Part shown: one piece after another, positions 1-12,862 of the stretch
Numbering within the stretch: position 1 is the first letter of the stretch
Layout of the letters: each line of letters begins with the position of its first letter
Assembly: GCA_951406725.2 (NCBI GenBank)
Contig: OX597826.1
Location: forward strand, 67,394,001 to 67,458,000
Direction: 5' to 3'
DNA length: 64,000 nt
From: Octopus vulgaris
Lineage: Eukaryota
The notes under the pieces: model-generated
What the model was told of the DNA's origin: nothing
Databases searched by the model: none
The model's input: the letters and a program-made list of their open reading frames with translations, nothing else
Position numbers and translations under genes: made by a program

Positions 1-324
1 CCAAGGCATGGAGGGAAATATCAAAGGACGAGATACAACACAAAAATCAGTTGATTAAGAGAAGACACTACAACATTGGAAAATATAATAAAATGATGAA
101 TAAACAGAAATTAGAAAAATAGGTAATTAATAAATTGAGTAACCTGTAGCGGGGTTGCCCACTCAGGTTAAACCGGAGTAAACACTAGGAAATAGTCCCG
201 CATTACTCTGCCATACCCAAAAGGTTCTTTCCTCCTACTTAGACAAGCAAAATAGATTACAGCAAATATTTTACTCAGTATCAAAAGCTAGCACGACATT
301 TGCTTCACCTTAACCAGGTAAGTA

Positions 325-670
325 TGTTCCCTACTGGCTAACAATGTGTGCATCTCTGATCACAAGCAGAAGTAGTGAGGGAGTACCATAGCCGTGCGTT
401 GAGAAGGATTCTTGGAGGATTGAATATTTGACAGTTGGAAACACCATTGTTTTGTTCATCATCCTGAAAGTATTATTATTCGAAGACCTTTTCAGCGGGA
501 CAGGCTATTCGACCTGCATGAAATTCTAACTGGGTCTTACCTGCAAGATCATGCGCTGTTTATCGGGATATTAAGTTATCGTGCAGTTGTGGTGCATGTG
601 CCTGGTGTACCGTTATCAGACTGGTATATTGGGGTTCGTATATTTGTACCCCAGTGTTACTTTCATGGCG
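325..670 (-). mobile_element. Degenerate interspersed repeat fragment (SINE/LINE-UTR-like)
   Basis: Non-coding block recognised from memory as a common octopus repeat (GATAAACAGCGCATGA...CCCAGTTAGAATTT...GTGATCAGAGATGCACA on the minus strand). No second copy in the window. Confidence 0.4.
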
Positions 671-671
671 T

Positions 672-1010
672 AGATCGAAGACCAAAAATCATGTCTGTTA
701 ATTGATATAACGGTGCCATTTGATAGAAGCAAAAGCCATCGAAAAACAAGGACACTAATATTGGTATATCTAGGACATGGCAATTAAAAAAAATCTAAAA
801 TATCCAAGCTTTTGTGAGTGCCCTGGAAATGATCAAGTAAGGAACCGACAATTTTTTTTTGCCAGGTTCCAGGGAAACCAACAATTTACGAAGTTCAAAA
901 AATTGTGCTTACATCAACCACTCACCTTCTCATGAAGTTTCTTTGCATCCAATATACACGCGCCTTAGGTTTCTGGTTGAGACGTGGCCAGAAGATGAAA
1001 TAAAATGGAA
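672..1010 (+). mobile_element. 3' end of RLE-type non-LTR retrotransposon (R4/Dong-like), decayed
   Basis: Translates CLLIDITVPFD ... EVQKIVLTSTTHLLMKFL, the C-terminal restriction-like endonuclease region. Followed by a short 3' UTR and an (AAC)n tail. Confidence 0.7.
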
Positions 1011-1019
1011 ATCAAACGC

Positions 1020-1275
1020 AAACAAAACAAATTAACAACAACAACAACAACCGAAAAAACAGCAACAACTATAATAATGATAAGACGAAGAAGATAAAGT
1101 AGTAGAAAGAGATTACGAAGAAGAAAAGAATGAGGAAGAAAAGGACGACGAAGAGGAAGGGGATGAAGATAAAGAAAAGAAGCACCAAGAACTACCACCA
1201 CCACCACCACCACCACCATCACCATTACTACCACAACAACAACACTAGAAACAATAACAACAACAACAACAACGG
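1020..1275. repeat. Compound microsatellite (AAC)n/(GAA)n/(ACC)n
   Basis: Directly visible. Confidence 0.9.
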
Positions 1276-1670
1276 ACATATCAAGAGCCCAAAATGGTGG
1301 CAAGTACAACGGCAGCCACTTCAGATGCTTCTAAAATATCATGATTGAACAGAAATATGAAAGAACGCCATTTTGTAAACTGGAACGGAAAAAAAATATG
1401 ATACTTCACCACATGCGTCAGAGGAACTTCAAAATAATGAAAGCTCAACAGCAGCGGGGATGAAACTTAGAAGAATAAAAAAAACCTATTCCCCCACACA
1501 CGCAGATACAAACACACACACTCACAGATACACACACACATAGACACACACGGGGATGCACGTATACATACGCATACATACAAATACATTGGGCCACAAC
1601 AAAATGGTCATCATAATGTTAAAATGGTTATCGATATTTAACCTGCAAGAAATAATGATAAAGATCATAG

Positions 1671-1890
1671 GTTTCTATTTATAAGGCAGACATCTTGAAA
1701 TATTTGGGGAAATCGGTCAGTCGGATATACGGATCCCCATTGCTTCAACTGGTACTTGATTTTATCCATCCCGAAAGGATGAAAGACAAAGCCGACCGCG
1801 GTGGAGTTTGAACTTAGGACCTAGTCCCAGAAGAAATGCCGCTAAGCATTATTTCTGGCGTGCAAACGATTCTGCCAGGTTGCTGCTTTA
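1671..1890 (-). mobile_element. SINE family A, degenerate
   Basis: Reverse complement of the family A body (CCCGAAAGGATGAAAGACAAAGCCGACC...TTTGAACT...ATTCTGCCAG). Confidence 0.8.
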
Positions 1891-2100
1891 ACAACAACAG
1901 CAGCAGTAGCAACAATATCAACAACAACAACGACAACAGCAACAGCAACAATAACAACAATGGCAGCAGCAACAGCAACAACATCAGAAACAACAACAGC
2001 AGTAACAAAAACAACTACAACAACAGCAGCAGCAGCAACAACAAGAACAGCAACAACAACAACAACGATCATAATAATAATAATAATAATAATAACAATA
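1890..2100. repeat. (AAC)/(AGC)/(AAT) microsatellite
   Basis: Directly visible. Confidence 0.9.
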
Positions 2101-2102
2101 GA

Positions 2103-2336
2103 AGGGGGTGAGCTGGCAGAAACGTTAGCACGCCGGACGGGCGAAATGCGTAGCCGTATTTCATCTGCGGTTACGTTCTGTGTTCAAATTCCGCTGAGGT
2201 CGACTTTGCCTTTCTTCCGTTCGGACTCGATAAATTAAGTACCATTTAACTGGGGTCGATGTAATCGACTTAATCCGTTTGTCTGTCCTTCTATGTCCCC
2301 TCTGTGTTTAGCCCTTTGTGGGTAGTAAAGAAATAG
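2103..2336 (+). mobile_element. tRNA-derived SINE family A (tail type A1)
   Basis: Pol III A-box-like TGGCAGAAACGTTAG, B-box-like GTTCAAATTCC, conserved body GAGGTCGACTTTGCCTTTC, tail ending AAAGAAATAG. More than 12 related copies in the window. Confidence 0.9.
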
Positions 2337-2353
2337 ATAATAATAATAATAAT

Positions 2354-2650
2354 GTCATGACAATATAGTAAAGATTGTCCATTGGACACTTTGCTACAAG
2401 TATAGACTTGTCAGAGGAAAAATGTGGTACGAACATAAACCCGAAAGCATCAGCGAAAATGATAATTTAAAGTTCCTATGGGATTTTATGATTTATTGCC
2501 ACCATGAGATAGAGAATAGGAAGCCAGACATAGTCTTAATTGAGACAGAAAGCAAACGATGCTAGATCATAGATATAGTTTGCGCAGCTGAGAACAAGGT
2601 ATGCGATAGGGAAAGAAAGAAAAGACGATAGATATGACAGGTTCGCTTGG

Positions 2651-2734
<84 letters not shown>

Positions 2735-2790
2735 AAGTTAAGCAATTGTAGTCGATGAAAAAAGGTGGTAATTGTCGGAGGCTTGGAAAA
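2354..2790 (+). mobile_element. RLE-type LINE (R4/Dong-like) endonuclease fragment, decayed
   Basis: Translates HDNIVKIVHWTLC...WYEHKPE...KFLWDF...RKPDIVLI...C*IIDIVC (RHD / WD / PD..D motifs of the PD-(D/E)xK RLE). Interrupted by a (TAG)n(TAC)n insertion at 2652-2734. Confidence 0.85.
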
Positions 2791-2799
2791 TATCAACAC

Positions 2800-4085
2800 T
2801 GAATGTTGAAGACGTCGCATGGGGCTCAACCCCAAAGCAAACATAAAAAGACTGTATATGAAAAGAAAGCATGGTAGCAGAAAACTAATTAGTATAGACC
2901 ATTGAATAAGGAGTGAAAGGAGAACGCTGGCCGAGTATTTGATAAATAGTGATGAAGGCCTGTTGCAATATGCCACATAAAATTTTGGTGTAAATGCAGA
3001 TGAAATGATGGGCAAAGAAGAGTTTAACCAAAGAGCTGAGGAGAAGAGAACAGAAGACCTTCTTGAAAGGAACACACAGGACACTAAGGATAATACATAT
3101 TTCTTTACTACCCACAAAGGGCTAAACACAGAGGAGACACACAAGGACAGACAAACGGATTAAGTCGATTACATCGACCCCAGTGCGTAACTGGTACTTA
3201 TTTAATCGACCCCGAAAGGATGAAAGGCAAAGTCGACCCCGGCGGAATTTGAACTCAGAACGTAACGGCAGACGGAATACGGCTACGCATTTCGCCCGGC
3301 GTGCTAACGTTTCTGCCAGTTCGCCGCATAATACAGCATCGTGGGCATGGCTTGAGCGAGGTAATTTCAAAAGTCCACGGAAAGCTTGATCATTGCTACA
3401 CAAAACCAAGCTCTCGCTATCAATCCAGTGAAGTGTAACATCTATAAATCTTCTGACACCCAGAAATGCAGACTCTGCGGAAAGAGTGTGGAAAATGTGA
3501 CCCACTTGGTAAGTGGTTGTGAGAGCATTGCACAGAAAGAATACAAGCGCAGCTACGATAAAGTGTGTGGGTCTATATTCATTGGTTGTTATGACGTAAA
3601 TACCAATATGAAGTAATTGAGAACTGATATGAACATATACCAAGTAAATTATGCAGGAGGCTGGAAAAGTAACGATGCTCTGGGATTATGATTTTCAGAC
3701 GGATCGTGTAATCGAACACCGTCGGCCGGATATTGTCATATTGAAATAAGAGAGACAAATACTGGTCAGATCATTGATGCTGCCATACCAAATGACATGA
3801 ATGCTGTGAGTAAAGTGGTTGAGAAAATCACCAAGTACTCCGAATTGAAAGTGGAAATAACAAGACTGTATGGAACGCGAGAGGGTAATGTAAAAGTGAT
3901 ACCAGTGGTTTTCGGAGCGTTGGGATCAATCCCATTGGAACTTCAAGACTTCTTAAGGCAACTGGAAATCCCATGCTAGATTGATGCCTTACCAGAAGCA
4001 GCCTTATTGGGCACAGTGCACATATTAAGGAAAGTATTATTTGCCTGAGGCCTTTGTTGTGACTTGACAGAGGACTAAAGACACT
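2800..4085 (+). mobile_element. RLE-type LINE (R4/Dong-like) 3' portion, pseudogenised and interrupted by a SINE
   Basis: NPKANIKRLYMKRKHGSRKL, then SWAWL...QNQAL, CCHC knuckle CRLC...HLVSGC, LWDYDFQTDR...RRPDIV...IIDAAIP, EKITKY.ELK.EI, IPVVFGALG, LGTVHILRKVL (stop ~4048). Covers ORFs 3386-3616 and 3797-3979; has frameshifts and stops. Confidence 0.92.
3098..3327 (-). mobile_element. SINE family A (A1), full length, 8-bp TSD
   Basis: Complete reverse-complement copy flanked by ATAATACA at 3090-3097 and 3328-3335. Inserted into the LINE. Confidence 0.93.
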
Positions 4086-4116
4086 GCTGCTGCTACCACC
4101 ACCACTACTACTACTG

Positions 4117-4179
<63 letters not shown>

Positions 4180-4190
4180 ATTACTATTAT
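4086..4190. repeat. (TAC)n microsatellite, probable LINE tail or target
   Basis: Immediately follows the LINE 3' UTR. Confidence 0.85.
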
Positions 4191-4550
4191 AATAGATTAT
4201 GGCACAAAACGAGAAAATAGCTTAGAGAGGGAGTTAAGTCGATAGCATGACCCTAGTATTACACTGGTACACATCGTATCCACCTCGAAATGATTTTAAA
4301 AAAAAGAAGCAAAGTCGAATTAGGCGGTACTTGAACTCAGAAATATCCGGCCACTAAGACTTTTGTGCGACGCACTAACGATTCTCCTAATACTGATAAT
4401 TTATTTCTAACAGGCTCAAAGCCTGTTAATTTTGAAGAAAGTTTGGGAAAACCAAACTATTATCCTCCTAAGTTGTCTGGGTCGTTTATATCATACAACC
4501 AAGGGGGATGAAATTCAGAGTTGACTACTGCCGGATTTGAACTCAGAATG
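4190..4550 (-). mobile_element. Two degenerate SINE family A fragments
   Basis: AAAGTCGA...TTGAACTCAGAA...CTAACGATTCT at ~4310-4385 and GGATTTGAACTCAGAA at ~4533-4548. Confidence 0.6.
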
Positions 4551-4629
4551 GGAATAATAAAAAAAAAGAAAGAAAGAAAATCACCGGGACATACTTCCAA
4601 TGTTGAAATGATTCTATTGATCCATAACG

Positions 4630-4678
4630 TTTATGATGATAATGATGATGATGATTTTGAGGATGTTGTCGATGTTGG

Positions 4679-4723
<45 letters not shown>

Positions 4724-6112
4724 CGATGATGTTAGCCTCAGCACTTACCGCCAGCATCATCATAGAGCAGAAATGTTCGCCACTCTACCTCCATCACGAT
4801 TACCAACACCGCCACCACAACCAAACAACAAAAGAAAGCAACGCCGCTACCATCGCCACCAGTGACCACAACAAAGCAAGCCTCAAAGGGGACTCATACA
4901 TTACCATCACCAAGTACGACAGCAGCAGCAGCAGCAACAACAACATCAAAACAACAAAACATGAAGGAAAAGACCATTTTAATAACAATAAGAACACAAT
5001 CAATATTAGCAAAGCATTTTGCATCATCATCGTTAGCACCATCATCATTAACATCATCATTAGCATCATCAACATCATCTACTTCGCTTCGCCATCGTTG
5101 GCATCATCATCATCACCATCATCATGATCATCATCATCAGCAGCAGCAGCATTAACATCATCGTTAACATCATCATACCCCCTACCGACAAAGCGAGCGC
5201 CTCCAACGAAAGCACCACCACTACCACCACCACCACAACCACCACCACAACTACCACCACAACGACCACCACCACAACCAGCACCACTACCACCAAGACC
5301 ACCACCACCACCACAACCACCACAACCACCACCAAAACCAAAACCACCACCACCACCACCACAACCATCACCACAACCATCACCACCACCACCAAAACCA
5401 AAACCACCACCACCACCACCGCCATCACCACAACCATCACCAAAACCAAAACCAAAACCACCACCACCACCACCACCATCATCGCCATCATCATCAACAT
5501 CATCATCGACATCATCTTGATTCATAATCAAGCTTCCATTCTCTTCCATAGCTTGCTCCTACTCCTCTGCCAGAAATAAGTCTCTGGCCCTTGGTCTTAA
5601 AAGAACAGGACACAATAGATGGTGTAGCTCTTTGCGATGGGCACAGATGGAAAGCTTTCAACTGTAAGCCGACTCGATTAGAGTTGACCTGAGCTAAACA
5701 ACGTGAACAACAACAACAACATGAACGAGAAAAATACCAGCCAAGACGCTACTCGCCTCTTCTGCCATGACAGCTCCACCACTACACTCTGCCACACCAC
5801 CACCACCACCACTCCAGCAAAACCACCACCACCACTGCCATCACCACCACCATCATCACCATCACCATTCCCACCACAACCGCCAACAGCACAACCACCA
5901 CCACACCCACTACCACCACCGTCATTACCACTACTACCACCGTCATTACCACTATTACCACCACCAGCAGCAGCAACACCACCACTACTGCCACCACCAC
6001 CACCACCACCACCACTCCCACCTCCAACAATACCGCCATCTCCACCACCAACAGCAGCAGCAGCAACAGTAGCACCACCAGCACCACCACTACTACTACG
6101 ACGACCACCAGC

Positions 6113-6143
<31 letters not shown>

Positions 6144-6289
6144 CCACCACCACCACTACCACTGCCAGCGCAGCTACAGCAACAACAACAACAACAAACG
6201 CAATCAATAATGGCGGCAAAGTACAAAATATCGAACACAGATGAACAAACTGAAAACGAGCCACCAATTTCAACAATAGTAACAATACC

Positions 6290-6320
<31 letters not shown>

Positions 6321-6616
6321 GCCCAGAGAGCAACAACCCATAACAAAGGACGGCCACGACCCACACCATCATAACCCCCAAGACAACAACAAATACAGCA
6401 ACAACCACAAGAACAGCTTCACAATGCCAGCAACTGCAAAAGCAACAAATGATAAAAAACCCAAAACAAAACAAAGCAAAAAAAAAATACGTCATAAATA
6501 ACAAAACCAATAACAACTACAACAACAGAAACAACAACAACAATAACATAATAGGAATAGTAATAATGATAATAATAATAATAATAAAAATAACAACAAT
6601 AACAACAACAACGACG

Positions 6617-6691
<75 letters not shown>

Positions 6692-6730
6692 GTAATAATA
6701 ATAATAATAATAGTAATAATAATAATAATA

Positions 6731-6766
<36 letters not shown>

Positions 6767-7215
6767 GTAATAATAATAGTAATAATAATAATAATAAATA
6801 ATAGTAATAATAATAATAAATAATAATAATAATAATAGTAATAATAATAATAATAATAATAGTAATAATAATAATAATAGTAATAATAATAATAATAATA
6901 GTAATAATAATAATAATAATAGTAATAATAATAGTAATAATAATAATGATAATAATAATAATAATAACAACAACAACGACAACAACAACCACAACCACAA
7001 TAATAATAATAATAATAGTAATAAATTGTAATAATAATAATAATAATAATAGAAAATGATGATGACCACGACGACGATGCTGCTGCTGATGATAAGGATG
7101 ATGATAACGATGATGATGGTGATGGTGATGATGATGATGTTGATGATGATGGTGATGATGATGATGGTGATGGTGGTGGTGATTGTGGTGTTGGTGGTGA
7201 TGATGATGATGATAA
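4630..7215. repeat. Large compound trinucleotide field: (GAT)n, (CAT)n, (ACC)n, (AAC)n, ~450 bp (AAT)n, (GAT/GGT)n
   Basis: Directly visible. Explains the overlapping poly-T/P/H/V/G/I/L/Y ORFs. Confidence 0.95.
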
Positions 7216-7399
7216 AAAAAAAAAGCCCAAAAAGCTACGGTAAAAATCATTCTGTTCCAGCGCTTGTAAAGAAGGCTCTGACATTTATACAAAGAATAAA
7301 CATTGATAAAACAAAAACAAAAAACTAACGTAAAGAAATACAAAAATACAGTCTCACTAACCCATAACACTGTACATACGCACATAGACCCAATACAGA

Positions 7400-7432
7400 A
7401 TACATACATACATACATACATACATACATACA

Positions 7433-7464
<32 letters not shown>

Positions 7465-8019
7465 CGGACATAAAAACATGTTGGTATGTGTTTGTGTGTT
7501 TGGTTGCTTATATACTCATATATATTTGTCTGTATGTGTGTGTGAATATATATATATATATATGATTATCTGTATATACATACGTGATCATTTTCTATAT
7601 ATGTCTGTGTATATACATGATTATCTGTATACATCCATGTATAAATGCGTATAAACACATTTAAACATACATGTACGTATACTTATGTACATATTGGTAT
7701 AGTATACACACACATGCATTTACCTGCAACGCACACATATACATGCGTGTATATATAGATTAAAAGTATATATCCCTATATACGAAAGTACAATTGTTTG
7801 CAAGCACTCCCCCCCCCCCCCCTACACACACAAACAAACAAACATACGCACAGACACATACACAGATATTCATCTGTGTACGAATGTCTGTATATATATG
7901 TGTATGTGTGTATATATAAATATGTATATATATATATATATATATATACACGTCTGTGTGTATGTATCTATGTATGTAGCTATGTTTGAATCCATGTATC
8001 TATCTCTCTACCTGCCTAC

Positions 8020-8055
<36 letters not shown>

Positions 8056-8750
8056 ATATCTATCTATCTATATATCTATCCATCTAAGTATCTATCTGTC
8101 TATCTCTCTCTCTATCTATCTATCTATCTACATATATATTTATGCTTCCATAGATTGTTACACACACACACACATATAAGCTGAAATATAGCTCACATAT
8201 ATACCCACATATATACTCACATGTGCAATGAAACGCGCATACAAACGAAATTACATAAATACATACTTACATGCAGAACACCTATATATATATATATCTA
8301 TATACACACACATGAATAATACATCTACACAACAAACACATACAGAGAGAAACCTACAGACACACACATACACACATTCACATGCATATGTATACATATA
8401 TACATATACGCATACATTTATAACTTCAACCAAACGAACAATTGAGTTATTAACATACATGCAGGCGTATAGTAAAGCGCATGAGGATGAGTTAAGAGGG
8501 ATAGAGTATAGCATGTCATTGGTCGAGGGGAGTATAGGCAGGGAGTATTGAACATTGGCAAGGGAGCAGGAATAATAGGAATTTGTGAGTGGAGATAGAT
8601 GAAAGGAATTTGGTGTAGAAAGATAGAGGAAGATTTATGAATAAATAGAGAGGCATACACAACCCTGATACTCAACGCAGACACACACTCACTCACACAA
8701 ACACACAGACACATATATGTACATATGCACATCTATGTGTATGCATGCAT

Positions 8751-8804
<54 letters not shown>

Positions 8805-8911
8805 ATATATATATGTATGTATCTGTATTTACATATTATGCATATTGGGATTGTTCTCCAGCATGGCCACAGTCAACTAACTGAAGCACGTAAAAGAGTA
8901 AAGGAATAAAA

Positions 8912-8969
<58 letters not shown>

Positions 8970-9142
8970 ATGTGTGTGGAGAGAGAGACACATAGATATA
9001 GACACGTAGTTTGATTGATAAATAGATAGACAAGCAGACAGGCAGACAGGCAGACAGGCAGACAGGCAGACAGACAAACAGATATATAGACATACAGACA
9101 TACAGACAAAGAGATAGATAGGTAGATAGATAAATATATACG

Positions 9143-9187
<45 letters not shown>

Positions 9188-9292
9188 GGATAGGGGAAGA
9201 AAAGCGACACCTAAAGATAGATGTAGAGAAAAAGAAATAGAAAAATGTACAGATAGAAAGATAGGGTGGAGATAGCGAAAGAGAGAAAAAGT

Positions 9293-9365
<73 letters not shown>

Positions 9366-9370
9366 CTGGA
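7400..9370. repeat. Di- and tetranucleotide microsatellite field (TACA, TA, CA, TATC, GACA, GA)
   Basis: Directly visible. Includes a SINE B 3' remnant at 8857-8913 (CCAGCATGGCCACAGTCAA...). Confidence 0.85.
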
Positions 9371-9671
9371 GGAAAAGCGTGAAAGAGAAGTGTGAAGAGC
9401 AAGTTAAAAGGAGTCAATAACAGATCGGAAGGGAGATTGGGGAGTAGCGTGAGGAGATGGAGAGGCACAAATGAGGAAAAACAAACAAGAAGGAAGAAGG
9501 AAAAAGACGGAAGAATTTGAAGGAGAAAGAGGATAATTTATGAAAGGAAACGGTAGACGACTGAGAGACTGTGAGAAAGAATAGAAGAAGGGAAGTAATA
9601 TTGAAGGAAAGAAATGATCTGATGGAAGAAATGTGTAAAGTGAGAAACAGGACGAAACGGGACGAAGAAAT

Positions 9672-9676
9672 AAGTG

Positions 9677-9744
<68 letters not shown>

Positions 9745-10190
9745 TGTTGTTGTTGTAGTAGTAGTAGTAGTAGTAGTAGAATGAGAATATGACGAAGAAG
9801 ATGAAGACGAAGAAGAGGAAGGCAAAGAAGAAGAGGAAGAAGACGAAGGCGCAGAAGGGGAAGTTGAAGGCGCAGAAGAGGAAGATGAAGCAGAGGAAGG
9901 CAAAGAAGACGAAGGCGCAGAAGAGGAAACCGAAGAAGAAGAGAAAGAAGAAGAGGAAAAGGAGGAAGACGAAAGTGAAGAGGAAGGCAAAGAAAAAGAG
10001 GAAGGCGAAAAAGTAGAAGAGGGAGAGGGAAATTGCAGAAGAGGCAGATCGAAGGGGAAGAAGAAGAAGAAGAAGAAGAAGAAGAAGAAGAAGAAGAAGA
10101 AGAAGAAGAAGAAGAAGAAGAAGAAGAAGAAGAAGAAGAAGAAGAAGAAGAAGAAGAAGAAGAAGAAGAAGAAGAAGAAGAAGAAGAAAG
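9672..10190. repeat. (TAG)n and purine-rich (GAA)n tract with higher-order unit GAAGACGAAGGCGCAGAAG
   Basis: Directly visible. Pure (GAA)n at ~10067-10189. Confidence 0.9.
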
Positions 10191-10284
10191 CACTTATAAA
10201 AGAATTAGTAGCTCTGAAATAAAAAAAGTGGAAAGAAATGAAGATAATATAGTTGATGGATATAAACATTCACAAATATACCCC

Positions 10285-10374
<90 letters not shown>

Positions 10375-10580
10375 GTATACAAATCTCACACTCCTCACAC
10401 GCACACACCCACTCAGACATCATTGTATACGTATGCTCAGACAGACGCTCGCGTATTAACTGTTCTTAAGAAGAACAATCTCGAATAAATCTGTCTGAGC
10501 AAACATCAAAAGGGAAAGCGAGGAAGACAATACAATACAATACTTGAATATAATGCAGTAACAGTATAAAACCTAAGATT

Positions 10581-10643
<63 letters not shown>

Positions 10644-10693
10644 ACGCCTGTAGACAAACACACGCACATATGTATATATATATATATATATAC

Positions 10694-10782
<89 letters not shown>

Positions 10783-10986
10783 CATATATATATATATGCG
10801 AGACGAACTTCCGTAAGTGCTTTGTAGTGGAGTGTCTTTTCTTTCACTATCAGAAGGCATTCTCTTTATATTCTTCTTTGCTATACGCCTCAAAAGTAAT
10901 TCTAATAACAGCGGAACTCGACTAATACCACCAACTGTAACACAATCACTTAAACACAAGCCCCACAATAACACATCGATATTACC

Positions 10987-11593
10987 TATTTCTTTACTAC
11001 CCACACACAAGGGGCTAAAACACAGAGGGAGCAAACAAGGACAGACAAACGGATTAAGTCAATTACATCGACCCCAGTGCGTAACTATTACTTAAGTTAT
11101 CGACCCCGAAAGGATGAAAGGCAAAGTTGACCTCAGCGGAATTTGAACTCAGAACGTAGCGGCAGACGAAATACCTATTTCTTTACTACCCACAAGGGGA
11201 TAAACGCAGAGAGGACAAACAAGGACAGACAAAGGGATTAAGTCGATTACATCGACCCCAGTGCGTAACTAGTATTTAATTTATCGACTCCGAATGGATG
11301 AAAGGCAAAGTCGACCTCGGCGGAATTTGAACTCAGAACGTAGCGGCAGACGAAATACCTATTTCTTTACTACCCACAAGGGGCTAAACGCAGAGAGGAC
11401 AAACAAGGACAGACAAAGGGATTAAGTCGATTACATCGACCCCAGTGCGTAACTAGTACTTAATTTATCGACCCCGAAAAGATGAAAGGCAAAGTCGACC
11501 TCGGCGGAATCTGAACTCAGAACGTAGCGGTAGACGAACTACCGCTAAGCATTTCACCCGGCTTTCTAACGATTCTGCCAGCTCGCCGCCTTA
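10987..11593 (-). mobile_element. SINE family A trimer (one full copy plus two head-truncated copies), 11-bp TSD
   Basis: Three ~185-bp units joined at GACGAAATACCTATTTC. TCGATATTACC flanks the whole array (10976-10986 and 11596-11606). Confidence 0.92.
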
Positions 11594-12099
11594 ATTCGAT
11601 ATTACCAAGACAGTGATACGATCACCGTACTGACATTGCCAGCAAACTGGCCTTATAAATTTTGAGACACTACCACCGCAGTGACGCGCCTAGTTTAGTT
11701 ATATAACAGTAGTGCCATCGGTACCAGTCTCACGTTACCATCAGAGAGATATATCCATACTATTGTGACCACATTAACCTTCCGCCGCCATCTTGCCGTC
11801 ATCATTCACGCAGACACACTCCCCCGAGCGATGCACTGATATTAAGAGCAAACGCCAAGTAATGCGGCTTCGTCAACACCAACACCACAACGTCTCACGC
11901 AATCGTTACAGTTACGACTACGAAACCACCACCAACACCACCACCACAATAACAACCATAACAACAACAACAACAACAACAACTACCAAAAATGAAACCA
12001 GCTGCACTCCCATCGCAGCCACTTTACCACCACCATCATCAAGGCCACATTGTTCTTTTGGCAATGTTCCACGCAAAGCCAGACAAATGAATTAAACTA

Positions 12100-12505
12100 T
12101 GTGCGGAACAATAGGAGATTTAACGTGGACAGTCTGGAGTTTTAGAAATTATTGTGAACATTTGGAATGCTAGCGGATATCTACATATGTTGTAAACGTG
12201 TGGTAGAAAACAGATATCTATAGGATTTAATCACGATATATTGTGGATATATGGTATTCTTGGAAATGGCGGCATGCTATCTCTCTTCGTATAAGGTACT
12301 TATATCGCGTTGTTCCAGTCACACGTCTGAAAATAATGAGTTCTACGGTAGAGCTTGTTGATACGACTGAGACACTGGATCATGTTTCCTCTGCCCGCCT
12401 TCCATAGCTCCGCGGTTATAATGCATATATCAAGGGTTTTGCGGTTGTTCAGCTTCTTTAGAACGGCGCTTATTTCATCGGGGTTAATAGCTAAGTTCAA
12501 AACAC
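12100..12505 (-). mobile_element. Non-LTR (RTE-like) reverse transcriptase N-terminal fragment, decayed
   Basis: ORF 12300-12509: INPDEISAVLKKLNNRKTLDICIITAELWKAG...DWNNAI resembles the 'E....L.N.K..G.D.I.AE..K.G ... P.DW' region preceding RT. Confidence 0.7.
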
Positions 12506-12862
12506 ACAACTGTTCATCGTCATCTTCAACAACTTGGAAAGCTTCGTAAACATGGAAAATGGGCGCCTCATGAATTGTCCGAAAGCAACCGCAATCCCCG
12601 AGTTGACATCTGCTCTTCTCTCCATTCTCGCGAACTCATTTCACCCTTTTTGGATAGACTTGTGACTGGTGATGAAAAATGGATCTTCTATTGAAATGTT
12701 AAACGTCGTAAACAGTGGCTTGGTAAAAGAGAAAAAGCTCAACCACAATCGAGAAGGGAACATTATGGGAAAAAGGTTCTTCTCTCTATTTGGTGGGATT
12801 GCAAAAGAGTAATTCATTTGGAATTGTTACCAGCTAATGCAACAATCAATGCTTGAGTCTGC
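12506..12862 (+). mobile_element. mariner transposase internal fragment
   Basis: TVHRHLQQLGK...KWAPHEL...FLDRLVTGDEKWIFY*NVKRRKQW...KKVLLSIWWDCK.VIHLELLP. Closely matches 15019-15231. Confidence 0.9.

Noticed and set aside
5703-6374. 223-aa proline-rich ORF resembling a formin/extensin
   Set aside because: It is a translation of (ACC)n/(AAC)n microsatellites; several frames on both strands are open, and I see no domain or splice evidence.
4521-10488. Long poly-T/H/G/V/L/Y/S/E ORFs
   Set aside because: Low-complexity repeats lack stop codons; these are not genes.
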